Of a DNA stretch of 64,000 nt, positions 59,913 through 64,000 are shown piece after piece. The stretch spans positions 11,780,001 through 11,844,000 of the forward strand of contig CATNEN010000001.1 of assembly GCA_950097015.1 (NCBI GenBank), written 5' to 3'. This DNA is from Macrostomum hystrix (taxonomy: Eukaryota > Animalia > Platyhelminthes). A program made the position numbers and the translations under genes. Position 1 is the first letter of the stretch. Every line of letters begins with the position of its first letter. The notes under the pieces were generated by a model. The model was not told the DNA's origin. It made no database searches and worked only from the letters and a program-made list of their open reading frames with translations.

Positions 59913-61130
59913 CTACTCAGTTCCACCATGAATTGCTCTGTCAATCAAAGCGTGTTTCGGGTTTGTTCTGCTCTGCTCACTGCTCAGCCTAGAAATGATG
60001 CTCTCTCGCAGTCTGTGCGCTGGTGGGCCTCTGAAATCTTTTTGAGCAAAAGGATAGAGAGCGTATCGCAGTTCGAACTGCCACCTGGCAGCCACCAGGT
60101 ACAGCACAATTGAGTTGGACTGAGTGTCGCTTGAGCTGGAGTCATTGCCATCGTCATCAGAGTCGGTATCCGAAGGATCTTCCTGCTGAGTGGAGAATTC
60201 ATCAGGCAGATATTCAGCTACCCATTTCTCCAATTCTCCTCTGCTCTCGCATTGAAGTTCATTCAGTGTGATTCCGCATTCCGCATTAATCATGAACTTA
60301 GTGAGTATTATTTTGCGACTGGGAGATAGAGAGCAGTGCGTGCACTGGCAGCTGTGCACCAGAATGTTTTCTCCTGGGGGTAGCGCCAGACAATGTCGAA
60401 TGCCGCTTCTCTTGTTTGCAGCAACGGGATCTGCGAAGTTCTCCACTATAGAAAAGTGTATGCTCTTCACTGACACTTTCTTCCTCTTGTTGTCTCTCCC
60501 TAATATGCAAAAGTCGAACTTTTTTTCTTCATATATATAGGTGTAATGCTCGCCAATGAAGTTTTCACTAAAGCAAATTGCATTGAGAGCCACATACTGA
60601 CTTATGAGTGCGCCCAGATTGTTCCTGTCGTTGTCTTCGCTGCCCAGAAACATCTCAATCAGACAAGGCACTTCGATCGTTGCAGGGACAGACAAGGTCT
60701 GGCAGAACTTCACAAAGTGCGGATTGACGTCAGAGGCAAGCAGATAAACAAAGGCCGAGATAAGGCCTTCCTGATAACTCGCTGGAATGTCGACTGTGAC
60801 GGAATTCGGCTGCGACCAGGAGCACAGACTCTGGTTGCGTCCGGGTGCGCCTACCCTGCCTTGATTTCCTCGGAATATTGGCCTTTCAAATACCTGATTT
60901 GGCTCCTCACATTGATCTGCCTTTGTTATTGTGATGAAAACGGTGGTAAGCCTACAATAATAAGGAAAAAAAACGTCTTCTGCAGGACAATAGCTTAGGA
61001 CGACCATCAAAGCAATGCTATGCTTGAATTTCAGCGAGTCTCTGATATCCGGAATCTGGGATAATTTTTCTATGTCAGACACTGATCTCTCTGTCAGTTT
61101 CTCCTTTAAAATGCGATAATCCTGGTCCAT
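59913..61130 (-). CDS. Intronless ORF of unknown function, 405 aa
   Basis: Long non-repetitive ORF; TTTTCAG acceptor 2 nt before the ATG; HSCQCTHC cluster and an acidic linker. No family recognised. Confidence 0.7.
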   Translation of the reverse strand: MDQDYRILKEKLTERSVSDIEKLSQIPDIRDSLKFKHSIALMVVLSYCPAEDVFFPYYCRLTTVFITITKADQCEEPNQVFERPIFRGNQGRVGAPGRNQSLCSWSQPNSVTVDIPASYQEGLISAFVYLLASDVNPHFVKFCQTLSVPATIEVPCLIEMFLGSEDNDRNNLGALISQYVALNAICFSENFIGEHYTYIYEEKKFDFCILGRDNKRKKVSVKSIHFSIVENFADPVAANKRSGIRHCLALPPGENILVHSCQCTHCSLSPSRKIILTKFMINAECGITLNELQCESRGELEKWVAEYLPDEFSTQQEDPSDTDSDDDGNDSSSSDTQSNSIVLYLVAARWQFELRYALYPFAQKDFRGPPAHRLRESIISRLSSEQSRTNPKHALIDRAIHGGTE

Positions 61131-61800
61131 TTCTGAAAAGTAAGCAAACGGTTTCTGTATCTTTTTACATTAACTGGCAATTTAATTGATCAAGAATGCA
61201 CAATCAAATATATTACCTTGAAGCAGTAGAATAATGCAGCCTATCAAATGTGCACAGGCTTTACCTTGTATACTTCATACGCCAGAAGTAGTCAATTTTA
61301 TCAAATCGCAACTGTCTGCTTTTATCTTTAATTTCTTTCTACCCCAGCACACCAAACAACTTTTTCTACCAAAGTGTATAAACTATGGAATGAAAAAATC
61401 AATAAGCCTCTCGGAGAGACGCACCGGCGCACAGCGCGCCACCATAAATAGGGCTGGGCAAGGCCGACCCCAAGAGGGGGGGCGGCCCCGCGACCAGGCA
61501 ACGTACATGCACCCCCGCACCAATGCACAAGCCCCCAACCCCCCCGGTTTAACCTCCAACCAAGCTACGCTCGGTCGGACCAACTACAGCACAATAAACA
61601 GACAATAGTAATAATTTTCCTGACAGCGCAGCCTGGTCTTAGGTGTCTGCCTTTTTCAGTTTTTGTGGGTAGAAGGTGCTGCGCAGTACATGCATTTTCC
61701 TTTCTTGCAGCTCAGCACTAAAAATTAAGAGCAGCTACACTGCAGACTGGTAGAATACAGATATCGCCTTCATTCCTACAACAATCATGTAGTGGTAACT

Positions 61801-62871
61801 ATGGCGCTAACGAGCTTTCTTGATAGATTCGATGAGATTCAAAGCGAAGTCCTAGCACTGTCCAAGATATCAGCAAATTATCAACTGCAGAACGCTTGCG
61901 AAGTGAAAGACGCCATCTTCGTAAAACTGACTGCTGCGAGTTCCAGTCAAGCCCAGCCTGCAGCCTGGAGACTATTTCTAGAGAGCGCGGACTGCAAGGA
62001 CTTCAAAGATGCTGGCACTGAGCCTGCGGCTATCCACTCATTCAGTCATCGAGTCAAGGTTCAGTTTGTGGACGTTGACAAAGAGCTTCGCCAAGCTGTG
62101 GCGCATTTCGAGTTAGCATGCGCGCTGCTTCTAGAGGACTTGTGCCGAACGGCTTCAGTGCTTCTTAATAAATGTGGATTTAGGCAGATAGTAATCGACT
62201 GCAGCCACCGCACTGCTCAAATGCTGGCGGAGTCGGTCAATCATCCTGCGCAACTCGATGAGAAGCTTGCAAAGCACTTTCTGTCGTCGGTATTTATCCT
62301 CAGTCATCTTGCTAGAGTTGACAGCGAAAAACTGATTGAATCGAATATTGACACCTATTCTGGCGACATGTCAATCAAAGTCGGAGACCAGCGTCAAGCT
62401 CCGTTAAGGCTCGCCGTTTGCCCGTGCCTAAATGGAGAAGATCTGCTGACATGGGCTGAACTAAAAGCCTGTTTCGACCAAACCTCAAAGTCCAGCATTG
62501 CTCGGCCTGTCTATTTGTGCATATTTTTTGATGAGATCAGCACATGCGAATGGTACCTGAGGACCAAAGGTAAGAGCAACCAGCAAAAGCGGCTACCGAA
62601 TCACGACACATCTCGAGTTCAACTTGAATCATCCGGCTCCGATCTGTCCATCAGGATTACTGCTTTTGATCTGCAAAACAAGAAGCTTTTCCTAGACACA
62701 GGAAAAATTTCACCTGAAGAATTAAGCAAAGATTTTAGTGATGACGCTTTTCTGCGAAATGTGGTTCAACTGTGTGAGCAGCAGGCTAGGGATCAGTCTT
62801 TTCGCATTGAATGCTTCACTGTGCCGTGCAGAAACACAATTAATCTTCTGCAAGCAACAGCTGAAATGTAA
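61801..62871 (+). CDS. Intronless ORF of unknown function, ~356 aa
   Basis: Long ORF with ATG at 61801, pyrimidine-rich acceptor TTTCTTGCAG at 61710, and AATAAA at 62878 just after the stop. No family recognised. Confidence 0.7.
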   Translation: MALTSFLDRFDEIQSEVLALSKISANYQLQNACEVKDAIFVKLTAASSSQAQPAAWRLFLESADCKDFKDAGTEPAAIHSFSHRVKVQFVDVDKELRQAVAHFELACALLLEDLCRTASVLLNKCGFRQIVIDCSHRTAQMLAESVNHPAQLDEKLAKHFLSSVFILSHLARVDSEKLIESNIDTYSGDMSIKVGDQRQAPLRLAVCPCLNGEDLLTWAELKACFDQTSKSSIARPVYLCIFFDEISTCEWYLRTKGKSNQQKRLPNHDTSRVQLESSGSDLSIRITAFDLQNKKLFLDTGKISPEELSKDFSDDAFLRNVVQLCEQQARDQSFRIECFTVPCRNTINLLQATAEM

Positions 62872-63124
62872 GCTTGAAATAAAGTACATTAAGTGTCTCT
62901 GACATACCACTTGGTTGCAATTTTTATGTATGTTTTTGCACCATTCGGGGTACATAATGTGCCTATCGCCTTGATTTTAACAGGATCCAGGCTACACGGA
63001 CAAAGAAACAGACTGAACCAAAGGTGAGTTAAACTGAGATAAAAAATGTATAATCCCCTTGTGTATCTATTTGCATAAGTCATCGTAAAACGTTAATTGC
63101 TATTTACGAGCGTAGTATATTTTA

Positions 63125-64000
63125 CTAGCAAATAAATTCCCCATTTGGGGTAGGGACGGAGGGAGGAAAGAAGAATTAGCTTTGAAGCCCTGACAAAAGT
63201 ACAACTTTTAAGTCCATTGGTGCTATTATCAAAGGACCCAGTTCAAACCTTCGAAATTTAATATTTAATGACCTTTAACGTAGTAGACGTTTTGTGAGTT
63301 CAAAAGAATTAGAAATATATTATTATCTGCGATTGCATTAGGTAACTTGGTCAGAGTTTTAATTCCTCGTTTAGTTAAAAAAGCAACTTTAGCGTCCCTC
63401 CGGAAAGCACAAGCAGAATAGCAGGATTTTTTATTATAAAATCCCCTAATGCAAATTACAATTGTCCTCTCAATAAGCTAATACGCTCCCTCCTGTTGGC
63501 CCCAAACATAATCACCTCTTGGCTGGCAACCTAGGCAGACAAAACCTACTCCCCCCAGCAGCAGAGAACTAATGTCCCCCCAGCAACAGAGAACTAATGT
63601 CCCCCCAGCAACAGAGAACTAATGTCCCCCCAGCAACAGAGAACTAATGTCCCCCCAGCAACAGAGAACTAATGCCCCCCCAGCAACAGAGAACTAATGT
63701 CCCCCCCAGCAACAGAGAACTAATGTCCCGCCAGAAACAGAGAACTAATGTCCCCCCCAGCAACAGAGAACTAATGTCCCGCCAGAAACAGAGAACTAAT
63801 GTCCCCCCAGCAACAGAGAACTAATGTCCCCCCCAGCAACAGAGAACTAATGTCCCGCCAGAAACAGAGAACTAATGTCCCCCCCAGCAACAGAGAACTA
63901 ATGTCCCGCCAGAAACAGAGAACTAATGTCCCCCCAGCAACAGAGAACTAATGTCCCCCCCAGCAACAGAGAACTAATGTCCCCCCAGAAACAGAGAACT
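63125..64000 (-). mobile_element. 3' part of another non-autonomous Helitron (opposite orientation)
   Basis: Minus strand reads CCCC-AAAT-GGGG hairpin, AATTTATTTG, CTAG|T ending at 63125. It carries a satellite related to S1. Confidence 0.7.
63551..64000. repeat. ~25-bp minisatellite (CCCCCCAGCAACAGAGAACTAATGT), reverse-complement relative of Helitron satellite S1
   Basis: Reverse complement ACATTAGTTCTCTGTTGCTGGGGGG vs S1 TTAGTTCTCTGCTGCTGGGGGAA. Confidence 0.93.

Overview
Eukaryotic (metazoan) genomic DNA with spliceosomal GT-AG introns. The minisatellite-filled introns and the acceptor sites just upstream of start codons resemble a flatworm such as Macrostomum, but that assignment is only an inference. 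1-10.5 kb: three co-oriented minus-strand genes (ARPC5, a CEP85/CEP85L-like coiled-coil gene, and the first exon of an unidentified gene), with different minisatellites in the introns and spacers and a tRNA-derived SINE. 10.7-12.4 kb: decayed nested inverted repeats. 12,624-46,663: a single ~34 kb head-to-tail array of non-autonomous Helitrons (5' TC, 3' hairpin + CTRG, inserted between A and T), with three 5' end types and internal 23-bp, 23-bp and 18-bp minisatellites, one expanded to ~8.3 kb. Nearly all ORFs predicted in this array are repeat artefacts. 48-63 kb: an intronless DEG/ENaC channel, two more SINE copies, a small secreted peptide-precursor-like gene, a PAN-like/F-type lectin gene, a decayed LINE and two divergent intronless orphan ORFs. 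The window ends in the 3' end of another Helitron on the minus strand. I found no prokaryotic-type system (CRISPR etc.). The most unusual features are the Helitron concatemer with its junction signatures and the probable trans-spliced operon.
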